From a virus, in the IMG/VR virus record IMGVR_UViG_3300035703_004050, positions 8,164 to 72,163 of that record: DNA of 64,000 bases; one strand, given 5' to 3'. The notes beneath the pieces were generated by a model that searched no databases, was not told where the DNA came from, and worked only from the letters and a program-made list of their open reading frames with translations. The position numbers were made by a program, and so were the translations under genes. Below are positions 47,121 to 56,167 of the stretch, one piece after another (the first letter of the stretch is position 1; each line of letters starts with the position of its first letter).

Positions 47121-47788
47121 AGATAATCAAATACAGGACAAAGACCGTTGAGGTACCTGTTGAGAAAATTGTAGAGAAAATAGTAGAGGTTCCAGTTGAG
47201 GTTCAAGTTATTAAGGAAGTTGAGAAGATTGTTGATCGGCCCGTGCCGCAGACGATCGAGGTCATCAAAGAAGTAGAGAAGATCGTTGAAGTTCCAGTCG
47301 AGAAGATTGTTGAGCGTATTGTTGAAGTTCCCGTTGAAGTAATCAAAGAGATAATCAAGGAAGTACCTGTTGAGGTAATTAAAACAGTTGAAGTTCCAGT
47401 TGAAAAAATTGTTGAGCGCGTAGTTGAAAAACCAATTGAAGTTCCTGTTACAACTACTATTGAAGAACAACTTGCACCACAAGTTGATTCATTTGATCCG
47501 TTCTTACAAAAAGGTTCAGCAACATTTGGTACAGCTTGGCCCTCAAATCCTGCTAAAGGAGATTTGTTTTTAAAAGTTGACTCTAAACCAAATAAGTTGT
47601 ATAAATGGAATGGACGTAAATGGATAGAGATCGATAAACAAAGAGTAAATGACACACTAGTTTATGATACAGCATATATAGATTATGTAATCGACCAAGT
47701 ACGTCGCGGACATAGAGATTATGAAGATTTAAGTGAAATTGAGAAGAGTCAAATAGTTGCAAGAATTAAACAACAAAATAATCAATGA
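47003..47788 (+). CDS. -1 frame extension with VEVPVEKIVE repeats and C-terminal domain (probable frameshift product)
   Basis: Frame open from after TGA 46982-46984 to TGA ending 47788 with no ATG; slippery A9C at 46994-47003. Confidence 0.65.
   Translation, partial: LNGNSNSRSIVARVLVRTIRVPQEIIRYKTRTKKVEVPVEIIKYRTKTVEVPVEKIVEKIVEVPVEVQVIKEVEKIVDRPVPQTIEVIKEVEKIVEVPVEKIVERIVEVPVEVIKEIIKEVPVEVIKTVEVPVEKIVERVVEKPIEVPVTTTIEEQLAPQVDSFDPFLQKGSATFGTAWPSNPAKGDLFLKVDSKPNKLYKWNGRKWIEIDKQRVNDTLVYDTAYIDYVIDQVRRGHRDYEDLSEIEKSQIVARIKQQNNQ
47100..47450 (+). repeat. degenerate coding tandem repeat (V-E-V-P-V-E-K/V-I)n
   Basis: Recurrent GTTGAAGTTCCnGTTGA-like units. Confidence 0.75.
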
Positions 47789-48173
47789 TGAGCATGTAAT
47801 TGTTACAGCGCCAGATAGATTTTTTCAAGATTCAATAGTTGTATTGTTAGTTGATTGGCCAGCAGATTTAATTGATCAAGCATTGTCATCTATAAAAGGC
47901 AGTCAAACTCGTATTGCGATACACATATTTGACTACAACGATAGTGACTATAATTGGTTAATTGATGTAGCTAATCAAGCAGATGTAATAGCAATTAACC
48001 TAAATAGCATTAATCACATTGATTTGATTAAGGGACATCTAATATCAAAATCAAAAAGTTACTACTTTGGTAGATTAGGAATTAACAAGATTTTTTCCAA
48101 TTTTACTAATGACCCAATTGGGGAATTATTAGTTAAGATTGGTCAAAAAATATCGCAAATGGAGGAAAAATGA
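47757..48173 (+). CDS. hypothetical protein
   Basis: ORF coupled to rpsU. Confidence 0.6.
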   Translation: MQELNNKIINDEHVIVTAPDRFFQDSIVVLLVDWPADLIDQALSSIKGSQTRIAIHIFDYNDSDYNWLIDVANQADVIAINLNSINHIDLIKGHLISKSKSYYFGRLGINKIFSNFTNDPIGELLVKIGQKISQMEEK

Positions 48174-48403
48174 GCGATCGAAACGATGACTTTGAACGTC
48201 AAGGTCTATACGTCAAAGTAAAAAACAATGACGTAAACAAAGCTATGCGTAAGCTTAAGAAGATGATGACCGCAGAGGGAATCTTCCAAGAGTTACGCAA
48301 ACGTGAATTTTACGAGCCACCAAGCATTCGTAAGAAGCGCGAAAAGGCGCAGGCCGTAAAGCGTTGGAAAAAGAAGCAAGCAGAAATTTCAGAAAATCTT
48401 TGA
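48170..48403 (+). CDS. rpsU: ribosomal protein bS21
   Basis: VKVKNNDVNKAMRKLKK...EGIFQELRKREFYEPPS.RKKR.K..A.KR. Confidence 0.92.
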   Translation: MSDRNDDFERQGLYVKVKNNDVNKAMRKLKKMMTAEGIFQELRKREFYEPPSIRKKREKAQAVKRWKKKQAEISENL

Positions 48404-48444
48404 AATAACTCTTGTTTATTTTAAACTAGTAATTATATATAGTA

Positions 48445-48505
48445 GCGTAAAACAGTGCCATGAGGGCTGTTTTACGCATCTTGCTTAACAAAGGAGAAAA
48501 AGATG
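48445..48505 (+). promoter_or_regulatory. ROSE-like RNA thermometer in the Hsp20 5' UTR
   Basis: 11-bp hairpin 48445-48477, then TCTTGCT able to pair with SD AGGAGA. Confidence 0.6.
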
Positions 48506-48943
48506 AATACACTTACTAAGTTTGACTTAACCCCATTTAACCGTGCTACAGTTGGTTTTGATCGCGTATTTGATATACTTGATCGCCAATTTGCTAATTC
48601 TGTAAGCACAACTTATCCCCCATACAATATTATTAAGGAAGCAGAAGACAACTACAAGATTGAAATTGCAGTTGCCGGTTTCCGTGAGGATGAGCTAGAC
48701 ATTACTGTTAAGGATTATGTCCTTACTGTAACTGGGGAACAAAAGCGTGAAGAGAACGCCGAAGGTCCAACTTACCTTCACAAGGGTATTTCTGCTCGCA
48801 GCTTTACACGCACATTTACTTTGGGCGATCATGTTGAAGTAAAGGGCGCAGTAGTTCAAAACGGACTACTTGTTATTAGCTTAGAGCGTGAAGTTCCAGA
48901 AGAAGCAAAACCAAAGAAAATTTCTATCACTTTCCAGAAGTAA
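48503..48943 (+). CDS. small heat-shock protein Hsp20/IbpA
   Basis: VGFDR, YPPYNI, IEIAVAGF, YLHKGISARSF, NGLL. Confidence 0.95.
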   Translation: MNTLTKFDLTPFNRATVGFDRVFDILDRQFANSVSTTYPPYNIIKEAEDNYKIEIAVAGFREDELDITVKDYVLTVTGEQKREENAEGPTYLHKGISARSFTRTFTLGDHVEVKGAVVQNGLLVISLEREVPEEAKPKKISITFQK

Positions 48944-49069
48944 AGCCGTTGAACGGAAACACCGCGTAAGAGTTGGTATTGGGTGGTCTTACTTCACTTA
49001 AACTTACAGGCCTGTAAATTTTTCAGGTGTGAACTTTGATCTTAATGTAGTCCCAAAACTGGAAAGCAC

Positions 49070-49098
49070 AAGTGGACGGGGAAACCTGTCCACTTTTT
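49070..49098 (+). terminator. Rho-independent terminator
   Basis: AAGTGGACGGG-gaaa-CCTGTCCACTT followed by a T run. Confidence 0.8.
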
Positions 49099-49150
49099 CA
49101 TTTGCAATACGATACAATTATGTTATAGTAAAGTCTAACAGAGGATTAAA

Positions 49151-49459
49151 ATGGCTAAGACACAAACAACTACCAAAGTAAAAGTAAAGCCCCGCACGGA
49201 TATTGAACCACCACGTCAGTTTAAAGTCATTTATCTAAACGATGAAGTTACTACAATGGACTTTGTTGTCCAAACTCTTATGGAAATCTTTGATCATAAC
49301 GAAGAATCTGCAATGGACATTACTCAAAAGATCCATGAAGAAGGCAGTGCTGTTGTTGGCGTTTATTCATTTGAGATTGCTGAACACAAAGGTGTTGAGG
49401 TTACTGTAATGGCGCGGGCTAACGGATTTCCTTTACAGGTGAAAGTTGAGCCAGAATAA
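49151..49459 (+). CDS. clpS: ATP-dependent Clp protease adaptor ClpS
   Basis: FKVIYLNDEVTTMDFVV...IHEEGSAVVG...AR.NGFPL. Confidence 0.92.
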   Translation: MAKTQTTTKVKVKPRTDIEPPRQFKVIYLNDEVTTMDFVVQTLMEIFDHNEESAMDITQKIHEEGSAVVGVYSFEIAEHKGVEVTVMARANGFPLQVKVEPE

Positions 49460-49649
49460 GCTTTTCCTCAGTTACAGCTTAATTAAAAAGATTAAGGAAG
49501 TAACTGGGAAAGAGTTTGATTGGAAAGCAGGAACAGGTGAGGGCTGGCGAGTAGAAAGAGATACTGACGCGAGCTATGTTTTCAATATTATTTTTGATAA
49601 TGATGAATCTAAAATTATGTTTTTACTAAAATATGGAAATGGAAAATAA
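49446..49649 (+). CDS. hypothetical protein (F..D...MFLLKY family)
   Basis: Similar C-terminus to 61940 and 62139. Confidence 0.5.
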   Translation: MSQNKLFLSYSLIKKIKEVTGKEFDWKAGTGEGWRVERDTDASYVFNIIFDNDESKIMFLLKYGNGK

Positions 49650-50182
49650 TGGACGTAATGTTTGACCTCGAGACACTTGACACAAAACCGAGTGCAGTTA
49701 TTCTTAGCCTTGGTGCTATTAGATTTGATCCCCTAGAAGACGGAATCGATCACAATGACGGACGTTTAAGTATGCGCCTAGAGATTGATCCACAATCGGG
49801 TATGGGAAGAACTATTTCTGAAGACACAATTGCTTGGTGGGCTACACAAAGCAAGGAAGCGCAAGACGCTGCATTTGGTGACGATAACAGAATTCCAGTA
49901 ATTGAGGCAGTAGAAAAGTTTCACAAGTTTGTATGGGGTTGTGATAGGATATGGAGTCAAGGCAGCTTTGACGTAAACATTATGGAGCACCTATATACAA
50001 GTATTGGAAAACCATATACTTGGCAATATTGGCAAGTACGTGATAGTCGTACACTGTTTGACTTCGTAGATGGTGCTATGGATCGTACTAAGCATCACGA
50101 TGCAGTAGAGGATGCTATTGCACAAGCAGAAGCAGTACAACGGGCATTGCGTAAAATTGGTTGGAATGGAACGCGACTTTAA
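49649..50182 (+). CDS. DEDDh 3'-5' exonuclease (RNase T/DUF5051-like)
   Basis: MFDLETL, WSQGSFD, RDSRT, HDAVEDA. Confidence 0.85.
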   Translation: MDVMFDLETLDTKPSAVILSLGAIRFDPLEDGIDHNDGRLSMRLEIDPQSGMGRTISEDTIAWWATQSKEAQDAAFGDDNRIPVIEAVEKFHKFVWGCDRIWSQGSFDVNIMEHLYTSIGKPYTWQYWQVRDSRTLFDFVDGAMDRTKHHDAVEDAIAQAEAVQRALRKIGWNGTRL

Positions 50183-50498
50183 TATAGAACGCGACTTACA
50201 ACGTTCTGATAAAATACTTGAAAAAGTAAAAGGGTATGTTTACGCTCAAGCTCTTTATGCTGCACTCTGTAACAATACTTGGTTGCCATTAGATGTAATG
50301 AAACTTCTTAAAGATGATGGGTTTATGTGTAGTTGGCGTTATGCAGGGGGTCTAGTAGCAAGACTTAGGGGACACGGGGATTACATGGATTTCTATTGTT
50401 CTAGTTTAACAAACGATGTTTATATTCCTGAAGGTGTAGTTATTGATGAGATTGAAAACGATTTGAAAGAAGCTGGTTGGGTATTAAAGCGTAATTAA
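50166..50498 (+). CDS. conserved hypothetical protein
   Basis: YAALCNN, SWRYAGG, GDYMDFYCS. Confidence 0.65.
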   Translation: MERDFNIERDLQRSDKILEKVKGYVYAQALYAALCNNTWLPLDVMKLLKDDGFMCSWRYAGGLVARLRGHGDYMDFYCSSLTNDVYIPEGVVIDEIENDLKEAGWVLKRN

Positions 50499-51269
50499 TT
50501 TTGGATAATAAATGGGGAAGATTGAATCATCTGGTCTTCCCCTTGGGTTACTAACATAACGTATTCCATCAATAGTTTTATCACATGCTTCATCGTGATA
50601 ATGACCAAAGCACCATGTAGTTATTTTACCATTTGTGTCGGCTTCTAATACACGATTTAAATTAGAACTATACATTTTAGTTGAATCACCAGTTGCCATA
50701 TAGCTTGACAGATTAAACAAATCTTTTCTTGGAAGCGTATGTGTAACTACAACTATTTCATTAATCATTTCTGCTTTATTAAATTCACTAACAATATTAT
50801 ATAAAAATTCTCCGTTTTCAACAGATTCATCCCAAATGCTAATAGCAACTTCATTTGGTAAATTATATAAATTACAAAACTCGTCTATTTGTTCGTATTT
50901 AGGTATGTGTGGTTCAGAATAATCAAAACTCCACCAACCATTTGTACCAACAATTGCTACATTATCAAACACACAAGTTGAATCCCACAAATATGTAATA
51001 TTAGATTTTTTGCTGAGCTCTTCTTCTAACCATTCACAATTTTTTACAATGTTGAAATAGTCTGGTTTGTGTTCGTGATTTCCATCAACAAATATAACCT
51101 GTTTGTAATGGTATGATAATTGGAATAAAAAGTCTCTAGTAGTTGTTATTTTTTTTGAAACATCACCAGCCACAATACAGTTTAAGCTGGTTCCCAATCC
51201 TTTAAAATTCAATTTTTGATCTGCATCCCACAAATCAATGTGGAGATCTGAAATTAAGTCAAAATCCAT
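50484..51269 (-). CDS. metallophosphoesterase
   Basis: SDLH, AGD, GNHE, TH, FGHYH, NPRG. Confidence 0.88.
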   Translation of the reverse strand: MDFDLISDLHIDLWDADQKLNFKGLGTSLNCIVAGDVSKKITTTRDFLFQLSYHYKQVIFVDGNHEHKPDYFNIVKNCEWLEEELSKKSNITYLWDSTCVFDNVAIVGTNGWWSFDYSEPHIPKYEQIDEFCNLYNLPNEVAISIWDESVENGEFLYNIVSEFNKAEMINEIVVVTHTLPRKDLFNLSSYMATGDSTKMYSSNLNRVLEADTNGKITTWCFGHYHDEACDKTIDGIRYVSNPRGRPDDSIFPIYYPKLITL

Positions 51270-51374
51270 TATAACTTATTTACTTCAAATTGACTGGTAT
51301 GCAAATTTTGCAGTTGTAATTCTATGTTGCAAGTGCTAAGTATATATGCAATGCAATATGAAAAGAGGAAAAAG

Positions 51375-51551
51375 ATGATGATCGCAGGAATTGGTAGACT
51401 TTTAATCAATGGTGTATGTAGAGGAAATGAGAATGACGGAATTGTCCGCATGTTTGAAGTAGAATATGCAAAGGATTACCGTGCAGCAAGGCGTGCTGGT
51501 GTACACATTGATAGACATTTCGTAGAAGAGTTCCTAAAAGCTACAAAATAA
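51375..51551 (+). CDS. small hypothetical protein
   Basis: GAGGA SD before ATG 51375; TGC-rich boxes upstream. Confidence 0.55.
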   Translation: MMIAGIGRLLINGVCRGNENDGIVRMFEVEYAKDYRAARRAGVHIDRHFVEEFLKATK

Positions 51552-51587
51552 ATTGACTTTATAAAGTTGATTAAGCATAATAAATTC

Positions 51588-51947
51588 ATGCTCGTAGTAT
51601 TTGGAAAAGAAAACGCAGACAAGCTCAAGGATCGTATGACGCTTCTTGAGCTTGATACATTTATGCAGGATGGATTAGAAAGTCCTGTTACAGCTTATGC
51701 TGTGTTACAAGTTGAAGATATTCCGTTACAAGAACTTCCGCAACTTGAAAACATGACAACTTTACATAACACAATGTGGACAGAATATCGTGCTCGTAGA
51801 TTTAGTTTCTGTGAGCAGGCTATGGAACATTTACGCGGTAAATGGAAAGGGACGCTTGACAGTTTTTATGATGAGTTTAGTCAAAGAATTAAAACTTTGG
51901 AAAACTCTTCTCTTGATGAAAATTGGACAGGTATTATACATAAATAA
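51588..51947 (+). CDS. hypothetical protein (resembles the C-terminal part of adenylate/guanylate cyclases)
   Basis: LLELD...YRARRF..C...WTG layout. Confidence 0.45.
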   Translation: MLVVFGKENADKLKDRMTLLELDTFMQDGLESPVTAYAVLQVEDIPLQELPQLENMTTLHNTMWTEYRARRFSFCEQAMEHLRGKWKGTLDSFYDEFSQRIKTLENSSLDENWTGIIHK

Positions 51948-52005
51948 ATTTTTAAAGTACTTGGGTAATCCAAGATGAAAAAATTAGGTGTTTAATATTT
52001 TTATT

Positions 52006-52036
52006 AAAAAGGTCATATGAAAATATGACCTTTTTT
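52006..52036 (+). terminator. Rho-independent terminator (possibly bidirectional)
   Basis: AAAAAGGTCATAT-gaaa-ATATGACCTTTTT. Confidence 0.75.
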
Positions 52037-52058
52037 ATTAAATACGCTGGAGAATAAT

Positions 52059-52823
52059 ATGGACTTAGAAAAGCAATTTATAGCTATGGGAATGACACCC
52101 GTGCAAGCAAAAGAACATGCAGATAATTTTGTTAAAGGGTTAAAAGAATTAGGACTGTCTGATCAAAAAGAACAGCTAACAGAGGCTGTCCCAGCTACTA
52201 TGAGAATTGTTTCTAGCAACAATAATATTGCTAAAGCTTTATTAAGCGTGGGAGTAAAAGCAAACTTAGTCCAAATGTATGAACCTCATTTAACTAAAAC
52301 AATGCAGGAATTTTTCATTAACAATAAAAATAGAAGAGCAATGTTTTTAGCACAAATATTACATGAAAGTGCAATGCTATCAGCAGTAGTTGAGAATTTA
52401 AACTACAGCGAACAGGGTTTAGTTACTACTTTTAAAAAGTACTTTGATCGTAAACGAGCTCAACGTTATGCACGTAAACCACAACAAATAGCAAACTATG
52501 TGTATGCTAACCGTATGGGAAATGGCAATGAACAATCGGGGGATGGTTGGCGTTTTCGCGGCAGAGGTCTTATACAATTAACTGGCAAGGACAATTATGT
52601 TGCTGCTGGAAAAGGATTAGGGGTTGATTTGTTAAAGAATCCAGATTACTTGTTAAGCCCAGAAGGTGCATCGCGCTCGGCGGGTTGGTTTTGGAACAGT
52701 AGGAATTTAAACAGAACTGCTGATGCAGGAAATATACGAGAAAATACACGTTTAATTAATGGTGGATTTAAAGGATTAGATCATAGAACACAATTATATA
52801 ATTCATTATTAAGGGTGTTGTGA
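52059..52823 (+). CDS. glycoside hydrolase family 19 endolysin
   Basis: FLAQILHES, ENLNYS, GDGWRFRGRGLIQLTGKDNY, INGG. Confidence 0.9.
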   Translation: MDLEKQFIAMGMTPVQAKEHADNFVKGLKELGLSDQKEQLTEAVPATMRIVSSNNNIAKALLSVGVKANLVQMYEPHLTKTMQEFFINNKNRRAMFLAQILHESAMLSAVVENLNYSEQGLVTTFKKYFDRKRAQRYARKPQQIANYVYANRMGNGNEQSGDGWRFRGRGLIQLTGKDNYVAAGKGLGVDLLKNPDYLLSPEGASRSAGWFWNSRNLNRTADAGNIRENTRLINGGFKGLDHRTQLYNSLLRVL

Positions 52824-54074
52824 TCGATATAAATCATAATAATACTTAAAGACAGTGATGTTGTTTTCTATCTCACTCGCCAAATATTTTTTTTGTGTGT
52901 TATTAAAAATATCATGCAGTATTTTAAACTCAAAATTTTGAAACTCTTTAGAATTATATGATTCAATATCTGTAATAATTGATTGATTAATGTAGTTGAT
53001 ATCATTTTGATTCAAATTATTAATAAATTTATCAAACATTAGTGGTTCTTTAGTTTTATTGTGTTTTAATGCTTTTTCTAAATTGATAATCATTTCATCT
53101 CTTATAGTTTTTTCAAACCCATTGTAAAAGTAATTCCTGTTGTATAATAATATTTCTTTCATTTTATCCAACATCTGATGAATCTCAAATTCGCTTAGGT
53201 TACCAATGTAATCAATAATTTCTAAAATTCTTTTTAATCTTTCATTGTGATCTAAAATATCGTCATAATCTTCTGGCCAAAAATCATTAAATGTTTTGAA
53301 CCCATAATCCTTTAAGTACTTTAACGCTCCAGGGCTTGAAATTAAGATAAAAGGCCTACAACAAATAATAGGTCTAAACACTTTTTCAGTTAGATGTATT
53401 CTTTTTTCGTAAAATATTCTTTCAGTTACTAGATGACAAAATGAATTAATGAAATCTTTAGGGCTTATTGTATAGGAGTAATTTTGACTAATTGTTTCAT
53501 CAACATTATGAAATACATCTACATCTACATTGTGACAACTAACTATACTTTTATCTAAAAAATTATCAAGCAAGTGTTTTGCAATTATTAACCTATGTTC
53601 CCTATTTTTTAGTATGCGATTATAGCTACTAAATATTTTTGTAGGTCTCCAATTATTTTCAAAGTAAGATGCATGTTTGTAAAATCTATACCATTCTAAA
53701 GATAAAAATCCGTTACTAAACCAATAAAAATCAGCCCAACCAGAGGTAGCAAGCAGAGTATCTTTATCAACACTGTTTTTTTCGCTATTACTTAAAATGT
53801 GACTAGGGTTAAATCTATTCAACATATAAATTTTGTACAACCATTGTTTTTTAAATTCCGAAAAAAGTATTGGTTCTTGATCATGAAATAATATTTTACT
53901 CTTTGTTAAATTAGGGTACATATCGCCAAACAAATCATACTTAAAAGTAGGATCACCAAAATTAGCAGGATTGTTTTCTCCTAAATTTGGATAAATTTCA
54001 AAAGAAATATTATAATTGTTATTTTTGCAAACATCAATTAGTATATGATATAAGTTATAAAAAGGATCATTCAT
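52809..54074 (-). CDS. glycosyltransferase-like protein
   Basis: LVTE...LTEKVFRPI...PFIL...LKDYGFKTF..W.EDYD; likely start MNDPF at 54074. Confidence 0.55.
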   Translation of the reverse strand: MNDPFYNLYHILIDVCKNNNYNISFEIYPNLGENNPANFGDPTFKYDLFGDMYPNLTKSKILFHDQEPILFSEFKKQWLYKIYMLNRFNPSHILSNSEKNSVDKDTLLATSGWADFYWFSNGFLSLEWYRFYKHASYFENNWRPTKIFSSYNRILKNREHRLIIAKHLLDNFLDKSIVSCHNVDVDVFHNVDETISQNYSYTISPKDFINSFCHLVTERIFYEKRIHLTEKVFRPIICCRPFILISSPGALKYLKDYGFKTFNDFWPEDYDDILDHNERLKRILEIIDYIGNLSEFEIHQMLDKMKEILLYNRNYFYNGFEKTIRDEMIINLEKALKHNKTKEPLMFDKFINNLNQNDINYINQSIITDIESYNSKEFQNFEFKILHDIFNNTQKKYLASEIENNITVFKYYYDLYRSQHP

Positions 54075-55296
54075 GTTTTGTATTTCAATAATTGGATTAG
54101 GTAAGCTTGGTAAACCAACAGCGGATCTTATGATAGAACTTGGGCACGATGTTCGTCCATACGACAACGCATTCGATACTGGTTATCTATTTGAAGAAGC
54201 AATACGCGACCGCGATATAATATTTATTGCAGTTCCAACACCACATGATGCAGAATATGATGGCAGCAAACAAATTAGTCATTTAGAACCAAAAGATTTT
54301 GATTACAGTATTTTAGAACAAGTTGTAAATAATTGCCAACTCTATCAACCTAACATTCCAGTTGTTATTATTTCAACAGTATTGCCAAGTACAATACGCA
54401 GACTGTTTGGAAAATATGGGGACAAAATTATCTATAATCCATATCTCATTGGAATGGGTTCAGTTAAAGAAGATTTAAAGGATCCTGATATTTTAATTAT
54501 TGGTACACATGATGGGAAACCAAATGAAATTACAGATACATTGTTAACCATTTATAATCAAATGCACGACTATGCTTTTCCTTACGAAAAGATAAATATA
54601 GGTACTTGGGAAGAAGCAGAATCAATTAAGATATTCTATAACACTTTTATCTCCGCAAAACTTGCTCTTGTCAATATGATACAAGACGTTGCTATGAAAA
54701 CTGGTAACATGAATGTTGATGTAGTAACAAAAGCACTGCAAAATTCAACAAAACGTATTACAAGTTCTAAGTATATGACAGCTGGTATGGGTGACGGCGG
54801 TCCTTGTCATCCCCGAGATAACATTGCGCTACGTTGGTTAGCACAAGAACTTGATTTAGGATATGATATATTTGCAACTATTGTTGCATCTAGAGAAGTA
54901 CAAGCAAACAATTTAGCAAAATTTTTAGTTAAATTATCATTAGAAAACTCTTTACCAATCTACATACACGGTAAAAGTTTCAAACCCGGCGTTCCTTATA
55001 CAGAGGGCAGTTACAGTATACTTGTTGGGGAAGGTATTAAACGTATAACTGGTCAAGATCCAACCTATATCGATCCATTAACAGAAAAAGAACTTCCTAT
55101 GGATGTTAAAGGTGTTGTTTTATTAGCCCACAATGCTTCTGTTACGTATAACTATACTAGTAAGTATACTAACGATCTATACACTAATTTTATGGACGGT
55201 AGTATCATCGTAGATCCATGGCGAACATATAAACCCCAAGATCAATCAATAAAGGTAATACACTATGGCAATTCAAGGACCAGCACTACCTGGTAA
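54073..55296 (+). CDS. UDP-glucose/GDP-mannose 6-dehydrogenase family protein
   Basis: GLGKLG, AVPTP, STV, AESIK.FYN, GGPCHPRD, SFKP. Confidence 0.9.
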   Translation: MFCISIIGLGKLGKPTADLMIELGHDVRPYDNAFDTGYLFEEAIRDRDIIFIAVPTPHDAEYDGSKQISHLEPKDFDYSILEQVVNNCQLYQPNIPVVIISTVLPSTIRRLFGKYGDKIIYNPYLIGMGSVKEDLKDPDILIIGTHDGKPNEITDTLLTIYNQMHDYAFPYEKINIGTWEEAESIKIFYNTFISAKLALVNMIQDVAMKTGNMNVDVVTKALQNSTKRITSSKYMTAGMGDGGPCHPRDNIALRWLAQELDLGYDIFATIVASREVQANNLAKFLVKLSLENSLPIYIHGKSFKPGVPYTEGSYSILVGEGIKRITGQDPTYIDPLTEKELPMDVKGVVLLAHNASVTYNYTSKYTNDLYTNFMDGSIIVDPWRTYKPQDQSIKVIHYGNSRTSTTW

Positions 55297-56167
55297 AAAA
55301 CATCTACCATACGGGGGTGCTAGAGCAATCAATAATCACGTAATTACTGAGTTTATCAATTTTGTACTGGGTAAAGATTTTCAACAGCAAACTAAACAAC
55401 CAGATATAGTTGACGACTTTTTAGATAACTATGTTAACTGGTTGTCTAATTCTAAAATAAATCTTTTAACTGGGTTTGACAAGTTTCCATATAAAACTTA
55501 TGCAAACGGCACAACAGAAGTTTTTGATAAATGGTATATAAGATATAAGCATAGAAGATTGCGTATATTTCGTGGTGAATATATGTATCATTTTGCAACT
55601 TACAGAAATTTAGATATGCCTTACAAATGGTTAGAAGATGAACCATTAAAAGAAAATGATCATGTTATTATAAGCTTGCCTTTTGCAGATTCAGGTAATA
55701 TACGTCACGAAACAATTAGCATTTTAAATACTGCTGTACTGTTAAATGTACCAGTTTTAATAGATGCAGCATACTTAGGATTAACGCATAATCTAGAATT
55801 TGATTTTAGTCATCCAGCAATTGATACGATAGCTGTTAGTTTATCAAAAACATTTCCAGTAGCACATTTACGTATTGGTATGAGATTGATGCGAGAAGAT
55901 TATGATGATGGATTAGACATTTATCATAAAACTGGATATCAAAATCGTTGGGGCGCTACACTTGGTAATCAACTAATAACTAATTACAGTATAGATTATA
56001 ACCCAACATGTTATGAACACTGGCAAAGATTTAAATGTCAAGAAATGAATTTACGCCAAAGTAAAACAATATTGTTTGGCCTTGGCGGCGATGAATACAA
56101 ACAATATAATCGTGGCGGATTATACAATCGTTTATTTTTAGGAGATTTCTATGAACAAAGCATTTGA
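55265..56167 (+). CDS. PLP-dependent fold-type I enzyme (aminotransferase-like)
   Basis: NGTTE, VLIDAAY, SLSKTF...LRIG. Confidence 0.75.
   Translation: MAIQGPALPGKKHLPYGGARAINNHVITEFINFVLGKDFQQQTKQPDIVDDFLDNYVNWLSNSKINLLTGFDKFPYKTYANGTTEVFDKWYIRYKHRRLRIFRGEYMYHFATYRNLDMPYKWLEDEPLKENDHVIISLPFADSGNIRHETISILNTAVLLNVPVLIDAAYLGLTHNLEFDFSHPAIDTIAVSLSKTFPVAHLRIGMRLMREDYDDGLDIYHKTGYQNRWGATLGNQLITNYSIDYNPTCYEHWQRFKCQEMNLRQSKTILFGLGGDEYKQYNRGGLYNRLFLGDFYEQSI

Noticed and set aside
47021-47655. Minus-strand ORFs and possible CRISPR-like or DNA repeat array
   Set aside because: They are antisense shadows of the degenerate VEVPVEK coding repeat; units vary at synonymous positions and there are no unique spacers.
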